A program made the position numbers and the translations under genes. A stretch of DNA of 64,000 nt, from positions 1 through 64,000 of the forward strand of contig JAQBVF010000018.1 in assembly GCA_027623675.1 (NCBI GenBank). Direction: 5' to 3'. The stretch is from Chloroflexota bacterium (GTDB lineage Bacteria; Chloroflexota; Dehalococcoidia; Lucifugimonadales; UBA3495). The notes beneath the pieces are model-generated. The model had not been told where the DNA came from, searched no databases, and worked only from the letters and a program-made list of their open reading frames with translations. Shown here one piece after another: positions 8,944 through 18,272 of this stretch (positions are counted from its first letter, which is position 1; each line of letters opens with the position of its first letter).

Positions 8944-9126
8944 CGGAAGTAGGGAGCCATTACTTTCGCCTACGGGTGGCGGGGGTTGCTTGGAGATGAG
9001 CTAAAATCCCCCTCCCGGCGAGATGCCACACGGTTTCCTGGGGGCGGATAGCCTGCTCCGATTCCTTGCCAGGCACAGACCCCCCGGTTAGAATGGCCCA
9101 TACCATTCTGCACGGGGGTTTTTCTT

Positions 9127-9546
9127 ATGTATGACAAGCCTATGTTGGGCCTGGGCCAGGCGCAAGACGCCATCAATGCGATCATGGCCGAGGCTAACAA
9201 AGAACCGGACCGGCCCTTGGCCGTCGCCATCGTGGACGACACCGGCAGCATGATCAGTTATGCCCGCATGGACCGTTGCCGCGAGGTGCCCAAACGCATG
9301 GCGATCCGCAAGGCCTACACCTGTGCGATCTCGGGCCAGGACTCCAAGGACTACGCGGACCGGTTGGCCAGCCAGGGGCGCACCGTGGCCGAGATGGGCG
9401 ACCCCATGTTGGCGGCGGTCCAGGGCGGGGTGGTCATCCTGCATCCGGGCAGTGGTTCCATCATGGGCGGCATCGGTGTCAGCGGACTGGCGGCCCAAGA
9501 GGATGAAGACCTGGCGAAGATCGGGTTGAAGGCGCTGGGCCTTTAG
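9127..9546 (+). CDS. GlcG/HbpS family heme-binding protein
   Basis: AVAIVDD.G, RMD, KAYT, GG..I, GGIGVSG...EDE. Confidence 0.9.
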   Translation: MYDKPMLGLGQAQDAINAIMAEANKEPDRPLAVAIVDDTGSMISYARMDRCREVPKRMAIRKAYTCAISGQDSKDYADRLASQGRTVAEMGDPMLAAVQGGVVILHPGSGSIMGGIGVSGLAAQEDEDLAKIGLKALGL

Positions 9547-9645
9547 CCAGGCTGAGCCTGGACCCAATTACCTCCGGCGGAACCGATCAGGGCTATGATT
9601 TCGCCTTCCCCTTTCATAAAGTGGGACCGAGGGGGATTTTCCTCT
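9547..9645 (+). repeat. Composite intergenic repeat, copy 1 (34-bp core plus CCCCTTT...GGGGGATTT element)
   Basis: CCAGGCTGAGCCTGGACCCAATTACCTCCGGCGG (9547-9580) is identical to 10585-10618. Confidence 0.85.
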
Positions 9646-9717
9646 CAGGGAAAGACAAACAATTTGTTTTGTTCCGCGATGCTGTATGACAAGCTGCGAC
9701 CAAGGAGCGACCCAACC

Positions 9718-10593
9718 ATGGCCAATCCCAGAGCTGACTTTTCGCCGATATTCGACCGCGAGCCGCTGAAGCTGCCTGGCGGCGCGCGCGTGGCTGTGTG
9801 GCCGGTCATCAACGTGGAGGAGTGGGACATCAACGAACCCATGGCGCGCACCGTGCTGCCCACGCCCCAGGGGGTGTCGGTGATACCGGACATACCCAAC
9901 TTTGGGTGGTTCGACTACGGGATGCGGGTCGGTTTCTGGCGGTTGAAACAGGTCCTGGACAACTACGGCATCCGGGCGACGGTTAGCCTGAACGCTTCGG
10001 TGTGCCTCAGCTATCCGCAGTTGGTGGAAGAGAGCTTGAAGTCGGGCTGGGAGATGTTAGCCCACAGTTACATCCAGCGGGTCATCAACAAGGAACCCGA
10101 TGAACGGGCCGCCATCAGAAGGACCATCGATACTATCCGCGACTTTACCGATACCGCCCCCCGCGGTTGGATGGGACCGGGACTGGCCGAGACCTTTGAC
10201 ACGCCCGATATCCTGGCCGAAGAGGGCATCGAGTACGTGGCCGATTGGTGCAACGACGACCAACCCTACCCCATGAAGGTGAAGTCGGGCAGTTTGGTGG
10301 CGGTGCCCTACACCGTGGAGCTAAACGACATCCCGGTGTATCTGGTGCAGCACCACCGCTCGCCCGAGCTGTTCGACCGGGCCAAGGACCATTTCGACAC
10401 CCTGTACCGTGAGGGCGCCGAGAGCGCCCGCATCATGTGCGTGTCGACCCATCCGTACATCACGGGCGCGGCCCACCGCATCAAGTATTACGACCAGATA
10501 TTCGAATACATACGCCAGCACGACGACGTGATATTCATGACCGGAAGCGAGATCCTGGACTGGTATAACCAAGAGACGAAATCCCCAGGCTGA
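9718..10593 (+). CDS. Polysaccharide deacetylase family, PuuE/allantoinase-like
   Basis: INVEEW, YG.RVG.WR, PRGWMGPG, D..NDDQPY, PY..ELND, HPYI.G..HR; AAGGAG RBS before 9718. Confidence 0.88.
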   Translation: MANPRADFSPIFDREPLKLPGGARVAVWPVINVEEWDINEPMARTVLPTPQGVSVIPDIPNFGWFDYGMRVGFWRLKQVLDNYGIRATVSLNASVCLSYPQLVEESLKSGWEMLAHSYIQRVINKEPDERAAIRRTIDTIRDFTDTAPRGWMGPGLAETFDTPDILAEEGIEYVADWCNDDQPYPMKVKSGSLVAVPYTVELNDIPVYLVQHHRSPELFDRAKDHFDTLYREGAESARIMCVSTHPYITGAAHRIKYYDQIFEYIRQHDDVIFMTGSEILDWYNQETKSPG

Positions 10594-10690
10594 GCCTGGA
10601 CCCAATTACCTCCGGCGGTACCAAACCGGGTTCAGGCCATGACAAAAGTCCCCCTTTACGGAAGGGGGATTTAGGGGGATTTCGCCCCTC
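10585..10690 (+). repeat. Composite intergenic repeat, copy 2
   Basis: Same 34-bp core (supplies the TGA stop of the upstream gene), followed by CCCCCTTTACGGAAGGGGGATTTAGGGGGATTT. Confidence 0.85.
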
Positions 10691-10721
10691 ACCAACATCG
10701 ATCAACGGAGAGTCAACACAG

Positions 10722-11756
10722 ATGCCATTTGAAGCAGGGAAGATCCAGACTTATGTGGGGACCGGCGAGGCGGGTTATGCCGGGGACGGCGGCCCGGCCA
10801 GTCAGGCGGTCTGCGCTGAGCCGTTCATGTGCGACTTCGACTCGGCTGGGAACCTGTACTATACCGAGTCGCGGAACCACATCGTCCGCCGGGTGGACAA
10901 GGCGACCGGCATCGTGACCACCGTGGCCGGTACCGGCGAGGCGGGCTACAGCGGCGACGGTGGCCCAGCCACCCAGGCGGCCATGCGCGAGCCTTACTCC
11001 CTGCAGGTGGACCAGGGCAACGGCGACATCTACATCGTAGACCGGCTGAACGCGGTCGTCCGCCGGTTGGACGGCGCCACCGGCGTCATCAGCACCGTGG
11101 CCGGCACCGGTGAAGCGGGCTACAGCGGCGACGGCGGGCCGGGCACCCAGGCCATGCTCCGCGAGCCCAACGACTGCTTCCTTGACGGCAGGGGCGGTCT
11201 GCTCATCGCTGACATCCAAGACCAGCGGATACGCCGTCTGGACCTGGCAACAGGCATCATCAGCACCGTGGCCGGCAACGGCGAGAAACAGCGCTCGGGC
11301 GACGGCAAACCGGCCCTGCAAGCCAGTTTCATGGGTTCAAGGGCGGTCTGCATGGACAGCAAGGGCAATACGTATATCGCCGAGCGCGAGGGCAACGGCG
11401 TCCGGAAGGTGGACGCCAACGGTGTCATGAGCACGGTCGCCGGGAATGGTGAGCGCGGCTACGAGGGCGACGGTGGCCCGGCTTTGACCGCCACCTGGGG
11501 TTCGCCCAAGGCCATCCGCTGCGACGCCCAGGACAACGTGGTCGTCGTGGACACTGAGAACCATGCCATCCGGAGCATCGATGCAGTCACGGGAATCGTC
11601 ACCACCATCGCCGGCGGCCGGTTGGGCGGCGATGGCGACGGCGGCCCGGCGACGGAAGCAGCGATGGACCGGCCCCACGGCTGCGCCATCGATGCCCAGG
11701 GAAATATCTTCGTGGCCGACAGCAACAACCACCGAGTGCGAGTGGTGGGCGTCTAG
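10722..11756 (+). CDS. NHL-repeat beta-propeller protein
   Basis: Six repeats of TVAGTG..GY.GDGGPA..A....P; no signal peptide. Confidence 0.9.
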   Translation: MPFEAGKIQTYVGTGEAGYAGDGGPASQAVCAEPFMCDFDSAGNLYYTESRNHIVRRVDKATGIVTTVAGTGEAGYSGDGGPATQAAMREPYSLQVDQGNGDIYIVDRLNAVVRRLDGATGVISTVAGTGEAGYSGDGGPGTQAMLREPNDCFLDGRGGLLIADIQDQRIRRLDLATGIISTVAGNGEKQRSGDGKPALQASFMGSRAVCMDSKGNTYIAEREGNGVRKVDANGVMSTVAGNGERGYEGDGGPALTATWGSPKAIRCDAQDNVVVVDTENHAIRSIDAVTGIVTTIAGGRLGGDGDGGPATEAAMDRPHGCAIDAQGNIFVADSNNHRVRVVGV

Positions 11757-11947
11757 GCTGGATATGGCATGCCGTTCCCTCGCACTGGAGAGGGGAAGTC
11801 TCGGTCCGGCGGAGTCAAGGATCTCGACAAAGCCGGAGGTGGCGGCAGCCCACGAGGAGCCACGGGGTTAAGAGCCACGGGGTTAAAATGAACGGTCAAA
11901 AGATAAGCCCGGTCCCGGCGTTCGGGACCCAACATTAAGGAGCACCC

Positions 11948-12907
11948 ATGCGGACCATAGATATCCACGCACACATCACCCCGGAGGGATTCATCGAGGC
12001 CAGCCGGAAAGGCGAAGCCTGGCATGGATTGCCTCCGGACGCCATGAGCATTCACCGGAACAACCCCAAAACGCACTGGACTCCCGCGGAGCGGCTGGCC
12101 GACATGAACTCCCTGGGGGTGGATGTTCAGGTGCTGTCCACCAACGCCTACTTCTACAACTATGACGGCGACCCGGCCGCGGTGACAAAGATGGCCCAGG
12201 AGTGCAACAACTACGTGGCCCAGTTGGTGAAGGATAGGCCGGACCGGTTCTCCGGGTTCTCCACTCTGCCCATGCAGGATGTTAAAGCGTCCATCACTGA
12301 GCTGGAACGGAGCATGAAGCTGGGGCTAAAGGGCGCGATGATCGGCGACAACGTGAATGGCAAGACCTTTGATGAGAAGCAGTTCCTTCCATTCTGGAAA
12401 GCAGTTCAGAGCCTGGGCGCGGTGATACTGGTGCACCAGGGCGGCGACACCGTGGTCAGCCATCTGCTCAACCGCTACCACCTGCCCAACACCATCGGAA
12501 ATCCAGCCGACCGGGCCATGACCTTCGCCGCGTTGGTCTTTGGCGGGGTAATGGACGCCTGTCCCGACCTGAAGGTCTGCCTCTGCCACGGCGGCGGCTA
12601 CACCTGCTACGGCATCGGCCGCATGGACCGGGGCTGGCAGGTGCGGCAGGAGGCCAGGGAGCACATCTCCCAGCCGCCCAGCGCCTACCTGGACAAGTTT
12701 TACTACGACTGCCTAACCCACAGCGAGCCGGCGCTGCGCTATCTCATCGACAGCGTGGGCATCGACCGGGTGGTCTTCGGCACCGACTGGCCCTTCGACA
12801 TGGCCATCGACTGGCCGGTGTCGTGGCTCTTGGGCTTGGAGAGCCTGACCGACGACGAGAAAGAGGCGATCCTCCACAAGAACTTGGAGAAGCTGCTGGG
12901 CATCTAA
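11948..12907 (+). CDS. Amidohydrolase_2 family, ACMSD-like decarboxylase/hydrolase
   Basis: IDIHAH, HGGG, FYYD, VVFGTDWPF. Confidence 0.9.
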   Translation: MRTIDIHAHITPEGFIEASRKGEAWHGLPPDAMSIHRNNPKTHWTPAERLADMNSLGVDVQVLSTNAYFYNYDGDPAAVTKMAQECNNYVAQLVKDRPDRFSGFSTLPMQDVKASITELERSMKLGLKGAMIGDNVNGKTFDEKQFLPFWKAVQSLGAVILVHQGGDTVVSHLLNRYHLPNTIGNPADRAMTFAALVFGGVMDACPDLKVCLCHGGGYTCYGIGRMDRGWQVRQEAREHISQPPSAYLDKFYYDCLTHSEPALRYLIDSVGIDRVVFGTDWPFDMAIDWPVSWLLGLESLTDDEKEAILHKNLEKLLGI

Positions 12908-12922
12908 CCGGCTCGGCCGGGG

Positions 12923-13333
12923 TTATTTCTCGTTGGGCCTTAGCTCGATGACGCGGTCTATCGTCGGGAGGTCGGGGCGGAAGTAGATCCGCCAGGCCTC
13001 CAGCGCCCTGATGCGGGCTACGTGGCCGATCCAATCGCCAACCAGGTTGATCACGGACAGTATCTCCTCGGCCGTCGCGCCGGCCTGGACGGCGGCGTGC
13101 ATGTGAATCTGCAAGTGGGAGGCCATGTCCACCTGGGAGATGCAGGCGACGATGATCGCGATTTCTTTTGTTTTCCGGTCCAGTATCTGGGTGTTGATGT
13201 ATTGGGTTTCGACGGTGTCGTTGACCGCCTTCAGGAAATCGGGGTCAACCTCTGCTAGAAAATCGTGCAGTCCGTAGCGGAACCCCCTCAAGTTGGTTAC
13301 TCTCGCCAGTTCTGCCTCTTTGTCTACAGCCAT
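12923..13333 (-). CDS. Carboxymuconolactone decarboxylase (CMD) family protein
   Basis: LDRKTKEI...H..AA..AGAT.EEI; GGAGG RBS; no CxxC. Confidence 0.82.
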   Translation of the reverse strand: MAVDKEAELARVTNLRGFRYGLHDFLAEVDPDFLKAVNDTVETQYINTQILDRKTKEIAIIVACISQVDMASHLQIHMHAAVQAGATAEEILSVINLVGDWIGHVARIRALEAWRIYFRPDLPTIDRVIELRPNEK

Positions 13334-13387
13334 GTGTGGCCTCCTGGGTAGTTGGTCGGTTGGGAATGTTGTTCGGGTAAACGACGC

Positions 13388-13417
13388 AGGGGCATCCCGA
13401 CACATCGGGATGCCCCT
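13388..13417. repeat. Perfect 13-bp-arm palindrome of the CCCGA-N-TCGGG type
   Basis: AGGGGCATCCCGA-CACA-TCGGGATGCCCCT. Confidence 0.75.
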
Positions 13418-13462
13418 TGCCGATGGCTCAGCGCCTTATGAATCGGAGACGCCGGCCTAGCT

Positions 13463-14626
13463 CTACCGGTCGGCGTAGACCTGCTTGGCCCGGTCGATGG
13501 CCCGGGCGCGGCCGGCCACCAAGGCTTCCTGCCGTTCCGTCGCCCACTGGTTGGAGGCGAAGGTGCTGGCCACGGTGCCCTGGAACTGGGGCATGACATA
13601 GCGTGCCATGAGCTCGTAGCTGTGCAGCATCTTCTCCCGCGACGTCCAGTCGATGGTCTGCACCAGGAACCCGCCGAACCCGCCGCTCTGCTCCTGCAGC
13701 CGGTTGATTGCTTCGATACAGTCGTCGGGAGTGCCCACGATCCAGGAACCGGCCTCAGCCATGTTATCGACCACTTTGTCAAAGGGGCCGTCGAAGACCG
13801 GCTTCCTGCCGTTGGTGCCTTCAGAATACTCACGCAGATACCGGGCAGAGCCCATCCGGATGTCGTCCAAGGCTTCTTTCTTGGACTCGGCAAGGTGCAC
13901 GGGTAGGACCAGTCTCCAGTCGTGACGGTTCATGGTTTGATCGTGCTCCGCCGCTGATTCCTCGGCGATCGACCAGAGGCCCTTGAGGTCTGAAGGGCCG
14001 GCTGACGGGTCTCGCGGCACCGTGATGGTCAAAACCGATGCCCCGTGCTTCCCCGCCAGCGCGACACCGGCCGGGGTCTGGATGGATGCAACCGCCACCG
14101 GCATGTGGGGCTGTTGGTAGGGCCGCAATTGGAGCATCCCCTCGTTGAGTTCGAACCAATCGGACTTGTAGGTGATCGGCTCGGTCTCAGTGAACAGACG
14201 CATGATGATTCCCAATGATTCGTCCATCCGCTCCCGTTGGGTCTCGTGGGGGATGCCCATCATGTAGGCGTCTCCTGGCAGGGCCCCTGGCCCCACTCCA
14301 AATAAGACCCGGCCGCGGCTCATGTGATCGAGCTGCACCATGCGGTTTGCCACCATCAGAGGGTGGTGGTAAGGCAGGCTTACGACCCCGGTGCCCAGTT
14401 TGATGTACCGGGTCCTTTGGGAGGCGGCGGCGATGAACACCTCGGGCGAAGAGATGATCTCCCAGCCGGCCGAGTGGTGTTCACCGACCCACACCTCGTC
14501 GAAGCCCAGGTTGTCCATCCAGTCAACCAGGTCCAGGTCGCGGTCCATGGCCAAGGTTGGGTTCTCTCCGACGCGGTGAAACGGACCCAGGAACGAACCG
14601 AATTTCATTCGCTTTGGCATGTCCAT
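13463..14626 (-). CDS. LLM-class flavin-dependent monooxygenase (limonene monooxygenase-like clade)
   Basis: FL.PFH, WVGEHHSAGWE.I.SPE.FIA, LGTGV.SLPYHHP, LDHMSRGR..FG.GPGALP.DA. Confidence 0.92.
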   Translation of the reverse strand: MDMPKRMKFGSFLGPFHRVGENPTLAMDRDLDLVDWMDNLGFDEVWVGEHHSAGWEIISSPEVFIAAASQRTRYIKLGTGVVSLPYHHPLMVANRMVQLDHMSRGRVLFGVGPGALPGDAYMMGIPHETQRERMDESLGIIMRLFTETEPITYKSDWFELNEGMLQLRPYQQPHMPVAVASIQTPAGVALAGKHGASVLTITVPRDPSAGPSDLKGLWSIAEESAAEHDQTMNRHDWRLVLPVHLAESKKEALDDIRMGSARYLREYSEGTNGRKPVFDGPFDKVVDNMAEAGSWIVGTPDDCIEAINRLQEQSGGFGGFLVQTIDWTSREKMLHSYELMARYVMPQFQGTVASTFASNQWATERQEALVAGRARAIDRAKQVYADR

Positions 14627-14834
14627 GCTTCTCTTCCTCGTTTATCCTTTTTGGCGCGTTTGTCTGCTTGCCCAGACCCGGTCCCGTGCGTGCCTAAGTT
14701 GAATGGGAAACAGTTAGGTCAGTTTACTCCCCGGTGAGTTTAAATCCAAATCCGGCCGGGCCACCCCCACGGCCCCGGTATTTTGCTAGAATGCCTTAGA
14801 TCGACCTGAGCCTGCGCCCTGAGCCAGAAAGAGC

Positions 14835-16265
14835 ATGACGACCGACAACATGGAAACCGCCTATCAGGCGTTCTTAATATCTGATCCGGTGTTTGAGACC
14901 ACCAAGCCTTTAGACGACCTGCGCCGCACCGATTACGGGCGTCTGGACCGGTTGGGGCAGGTGTTCCTCGACTACACCGGCGGCGGATTGTACGGGGATT
15001 CTCAGATACGTCGGTTCGCCGAATTGCTGGACGGCAGCGTGTTTGGGAATCCCCATTCGGACAGCCCCGCGTCATCGGCGACCACTGAGTTGGTTGAGCG
15101 GGCCCGGTCCTTGGTCTTGGAGTATTTCAACTCCCCGCCTGGCGAGTACGTGGCCATCTTCACGCCCAACGCCACTGGGGCCATCAAGCTGGTGGGCGAG
15201 GCATACCCATTCCAGCCTGGCGACCGGTACCTGCTGACTTTCGACAACCACAACTCGATCAATGGGGTACGAGAGTTCGCCAGGACCGCTGGGGGAGACG
15301 TTACCTACGTGCCGGTGCAGCCTCCCGACCTGCGCCTGGACGAAGCCCAGCTACGCGAACAACTGGACCACCCCAATGAGGGCGGCCACAACCTGTTCGC
15401 CTATCCCTCCCAGTCCAACTTCTCGGGCGTGCAGCATTCGATGGACTGGACCGCCTACGCCCAGGATAGGGGTTGGGACGTACTGCTGGACTGCGCGGCC
15501 TTCGCCCCGACCAACCGGCTGGACCTGAGTGAGACGCATCCCGACTTCGTGCCCCTGTCCTTCTACAAGATGTTCGGTTATCCCACGGGCGTGGGGTGCC
15601 TGTTGGCCCGGAAAAGCGCCCTGGCCAAGCTCATCAGGCCCTGGTTCGCCGGAGGCACCATCACCATCGCGTCGGTGCAGGCGGAAAGGCATTTCTTGGC
15701 CGAGGGCGAGCAGGCTTTCGAGGAAGGAACGCTGAACTACCTGAACATCCCCGCCGTGGAGATAGGCTTAAAACACCTTCAGTCGGTTGGAATCGAGATG
15801 ATCCACGCCCGGGTGATGAGCCTGACATCCTGGCTGTTGTCGAACCTGCTTGAGCTGCGCCACAGCACCGGCGCGCCGGTGGTACGGGTCTACGGCCCGA
15901 CCAACATGGAGGCCCGTGGGGGCACGCTGACGATCAACTTCTTTGACCCCAAAGAAGCCTTGATCGACCACCGCCGCATCGACGACCTGGCGGGGCGGGT
16001 TGGGATATCCCTGCGGACCGGCTGCTTCTGCAACCCGGGGGCGGGGGAGATGGCCCACGGCCTGACCGAGGAAGACATGGCCCTGGCGTTCGAGAACAGC
16101 GAACGCATGACCTTTGAGCAGTTCTTGGCTGTGCTGGAAGACCGGGAAGGCAAGAGCGCCGGGGCGGTCCGCATATCCATCGGACTGGCCTCCAACTTCG
16201 CCGACGTCTACCGGTTCTGGGAGTTCGCCCAGAGCTTCATCGACCAGGTGGCCGGAGAAGTCTGA
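14835..16265 (+). CDS. PLP-dependent class V enzyme resembling the NifS-like domain of Moco sulfurase (ABA3/MOCOS)
   Basis: FLDYTG..LY, GNPHS, FT.NAT.A.KLVGE.YPF, DNHNS..G.RE, P.QSNFSG, SFYKMFGYPTGVG, RTGCFCNPGA. Confidence 0.85.
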   Translation: MTTDNMETAYQAFLISDPVFETTKPLDDLRRTDYGRLDRLGQVFLDYTGGGLYGDSQIRRFAELLDGSVFGNPHSDSPASSATTELVERARSLVLEYFNSPPGEYVAIFTPNATGAIKLVGEAYPFQPGDRYLLTFDNHNSINGVREFARTAGGDVTYVPVQPPDLRLDEAQLREQLDHPNEGGHNLFAYPSQSNFSGVQHSMDWTAYAQDRGWDVLLDCAAFAPTNRLDLSETHPDFVPLSFYKMFGYPTGVGCLLARKSALAKLIRPWFAGGTITIASVQAERHFLAEGEQAFEEGTLNYLNIPAVEIGLKHLQSVGIEMIHARVMSLTSWLLSNLLELRHSTGAPVVRVYGPTNMEARGGTLTINFFDPKEALIDHRRIDDLAGRVGISLRTGCFCNPGAGEMAHGLTEEDMALAFENSERMTFEQFLAVLEDREGKSAGAVRISIGLASNFADVYRFWEFAQSFIDQVAGEV

Positions 16266-16334
16266 CCCAGGCCATATAGCCATATATCTGACGAAATATC
16301 TGACGAAACACACGAGAACATGGAGGAACCCCCG

Positions 16335-18095
16335 ATGCCCGTTAAAGGGACCACGCTAACCAGCCTAAGGCCGTTGATGCAGGGGCAGAACGGCATGGTA
16401 GTCGCCAGTCATCCCGCCGCCGCCATGGCCGGACTGGAAGTGCTGCGGAAGGGCGGCAACGCCATCGATGCCGGAGTGGCCGTTGGTTTGGCGTTGAACG
16501 TAGTGCACGTGGACGATTGCAGCTTCCTGGGCGTGGCCCCGACGGTGATCTACCTGGCCGGCCGCAAAGAGGTGACGACGATTGACGGGCTGGGCGTCTG
16601 GCCCCAGGCGGCATCGGTTGACTACTTCCGGAAGAACCACGGCGGCAAGATGCCGGCCGGCGTGCTCTCGTCCATAACTCCGGCGGCGGCCGATGCCTGG
16701 ATCACGGCCCTGTCGCGGTTCGGCACCATGACCTTCGGCCAAGTGGCGTCCGCGGCGACGGAATTGGCCGGCAACGGGTTCCCCATGTTCCGCTATCTGG
16801 CGGACCGGTTCAAGACCGCCTACGACCAATACAACACCTACCCGACGACCGCCGAGATCTACCTGCCCGGCGGGCGCGCCCCCAAACGAGGGGAGATGTT
16901 TTACCAGAAGGACCTGGCGGCAACGTTAGCCCGGGTTGCCGAGATCGAAAGCTCCAACGCCGGTCAGGGCCGGGAAGCGGCGCTACAGGCGGCCAGAGAC
17001 TACATCTACACCGGCGAGTTGGGTAAGAAGATCGCGGCCTACAACCAGGAGATGGGCGGTCTGCTCACCGAAGATGACCTGGCCCGGTATCACGTGCAGG
17101 TGGCCCCGCCGGTAACCGTGAATTACAGAGGTTACGACGTCTACAGCACCGGGCCGTGGGGGCAGGGCCCCACGTTCCCCCAGGCGCTGAAGATACTAGA
17201 GGGCTTCGACCTGGCTGGCATGGGCCACAACTCGGCCCAGTACATCCACACGGTCAACCAGGCCCTGAATCTGGCGTTCGCCGACCGGGAACAGTACACC
17301 GGCGACCCGGATTTCGTGGACGTTCCCATCAAGGAGATGCTCTCCGAGGAATATCTGTCCCAGCGCCGGTCCATGATCGACCCGGACCTGGCCTGGCCCG
17401 GCACTCCTCCGGCGGGCGACCCCCGCGGCCTCAAGGCGGCGTTGAACGGCGGCCCAACTTCGCCCCGCGACGCGGCGGAGCCGGTTGGGACGGCCGGAGT
17501 CAGCGGCGGCGGGACATCTTATTTCGCCGTGATCGACCGCGACGGCAACATCTTTTCCAGCACGCCCAGCGAAGGGACCAAGAACGGTGGGCCGATAATC
17601 CCGGGCACCGGCCTGGCCTTCTCGCTGCGGGGCACCCAGTCGAAGTTGGACGAGAACCATGCGGCGTCCCTCCAACCGGGCAAGCGGCCCAGGCTCACTC
17701 CCGCGCCGGCCCTGGTGCTGCGGGACGGCGAGCCGGTGATGGCGCTGGGCGCGCACGGCGGCGACCACATCCCCCAGGGCACCCTCCAATTGCTGTTGAA
17801 CGTGCTGGAATTCGGACTGGACCCCCAGGAGGCCGTGGAGGAACCCCGGTTCTACAGCTATAACTTCCCAAGCTCCAACTGGGCATCCAAGTACGAGCCT
17901 GGAATGTTGCGCCTGGAGGGCCGGATCCCAGGCGAGGTTGCCGACAGCCTGCGGCAGAAGGGCCACACCATCGAGCAATACCCCGACTGGTGGGAGGGTT
18001 CGGCGTTATACGGGGTTATCACCCGCAACCCGGAGACCAAGGTGCTACAAGGGGGCGCCGACCCCCGGAGCGAAGCCTATGCGGTTGGATATTAG
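16335..18095 (+). CDS. Gamma-glutamyltransferase family Ntn-hydrolase
   Basis: GGNAIDA, AFADRE.Y.GDP, GT(nucleophile)SYFAVID.DGN, PGKRP, GGADPR. Confidence 0.92.
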   Translation: MPVKGTTLTSLRPLMQGQNGMVVASHPAAAMAGLEVLRKGGNAIDAGVAVGLALNVVHVDDCSFLGVAPTVIYLAGRKEVTTIDGLGVWPQAASVDYFRKNHGGKMPAGVLSSITPAAADAWITALSRFGTMTFGQVASAATELAGNGFPMFRYLADRFKTAYDQYNTYPTTAEIYLPGGRAPKRGEMFYQKDLAATLARVAEIESSNAGQGREAALQAARDYIYTGELGKKIAAYNQEMGGLLTEDDLARYHVQVAPPVTVNYRGYDVYSTGPWGQGPTFPQALKILEGFDLAGMGHNSAQYIHTVNQALNLAFADREQYTGDPDFVDVPIKEMLSEEYLSQRRSMIDPDLAWPGTPPAGDPRGLKAALNGGPTSPRDAAEPVGTAGVSGGGTSYFAVIDRDGNIFSSTPSEGTKNGGPIIPGTGLAFSLRGTQSKLDENHAASLQPGKRPRLTPAPALVLRDGEPVMALGAHGGDHIPQGTLQLLLNVLEFGLDPQEAVEEPRFYSYNFPSSNWASKYEPGMLRLEGRIPGEVADSLRQKGHTIEQYPDWWEGSALYGVITRNPETKVLQGGADPRSEAYAVGY

Positions 18096-18125
18096 GGTCG
18101 CGTTTTTTGTGCGACGCCCCTGATC

Positions 18126-18226
18126 TGTCACCCCGGTCCTTCTGGAGAAGGAGAGGGGTCTCATTGCTCTCGGACAGCACTGGTGATCTAGCAAAGAGGT
18201 TCTTCGGCTGACGCCTAATAATTACA
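18126..18226. repeat. Degenerate REP-like element (TGTCACCC...GGGTCTC...GAGGTTCTTCG type)
   Basis: Resembles the cleaner element at 26125-26241. Confidence 0.4.
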
Positions 18227-18272
18227 GAATCAGAGCGGCGGAAAAGGGATTCATGAAAACCAGGAGGCCTGG

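Noticed and set aside
9547..10618. CRISPR array from the 34-bp repeat
   Set aside because: Only two exact copies, about 1 kb apart with a gene between them; no spacers or cas genes.
10722..11756. DNA repeats GGCACCGGCGAGGCGGGCTACAGCGGCGACGG as a mobile or array repeat
   Set aside because: Fully explained by the internal NHL protein repeats.
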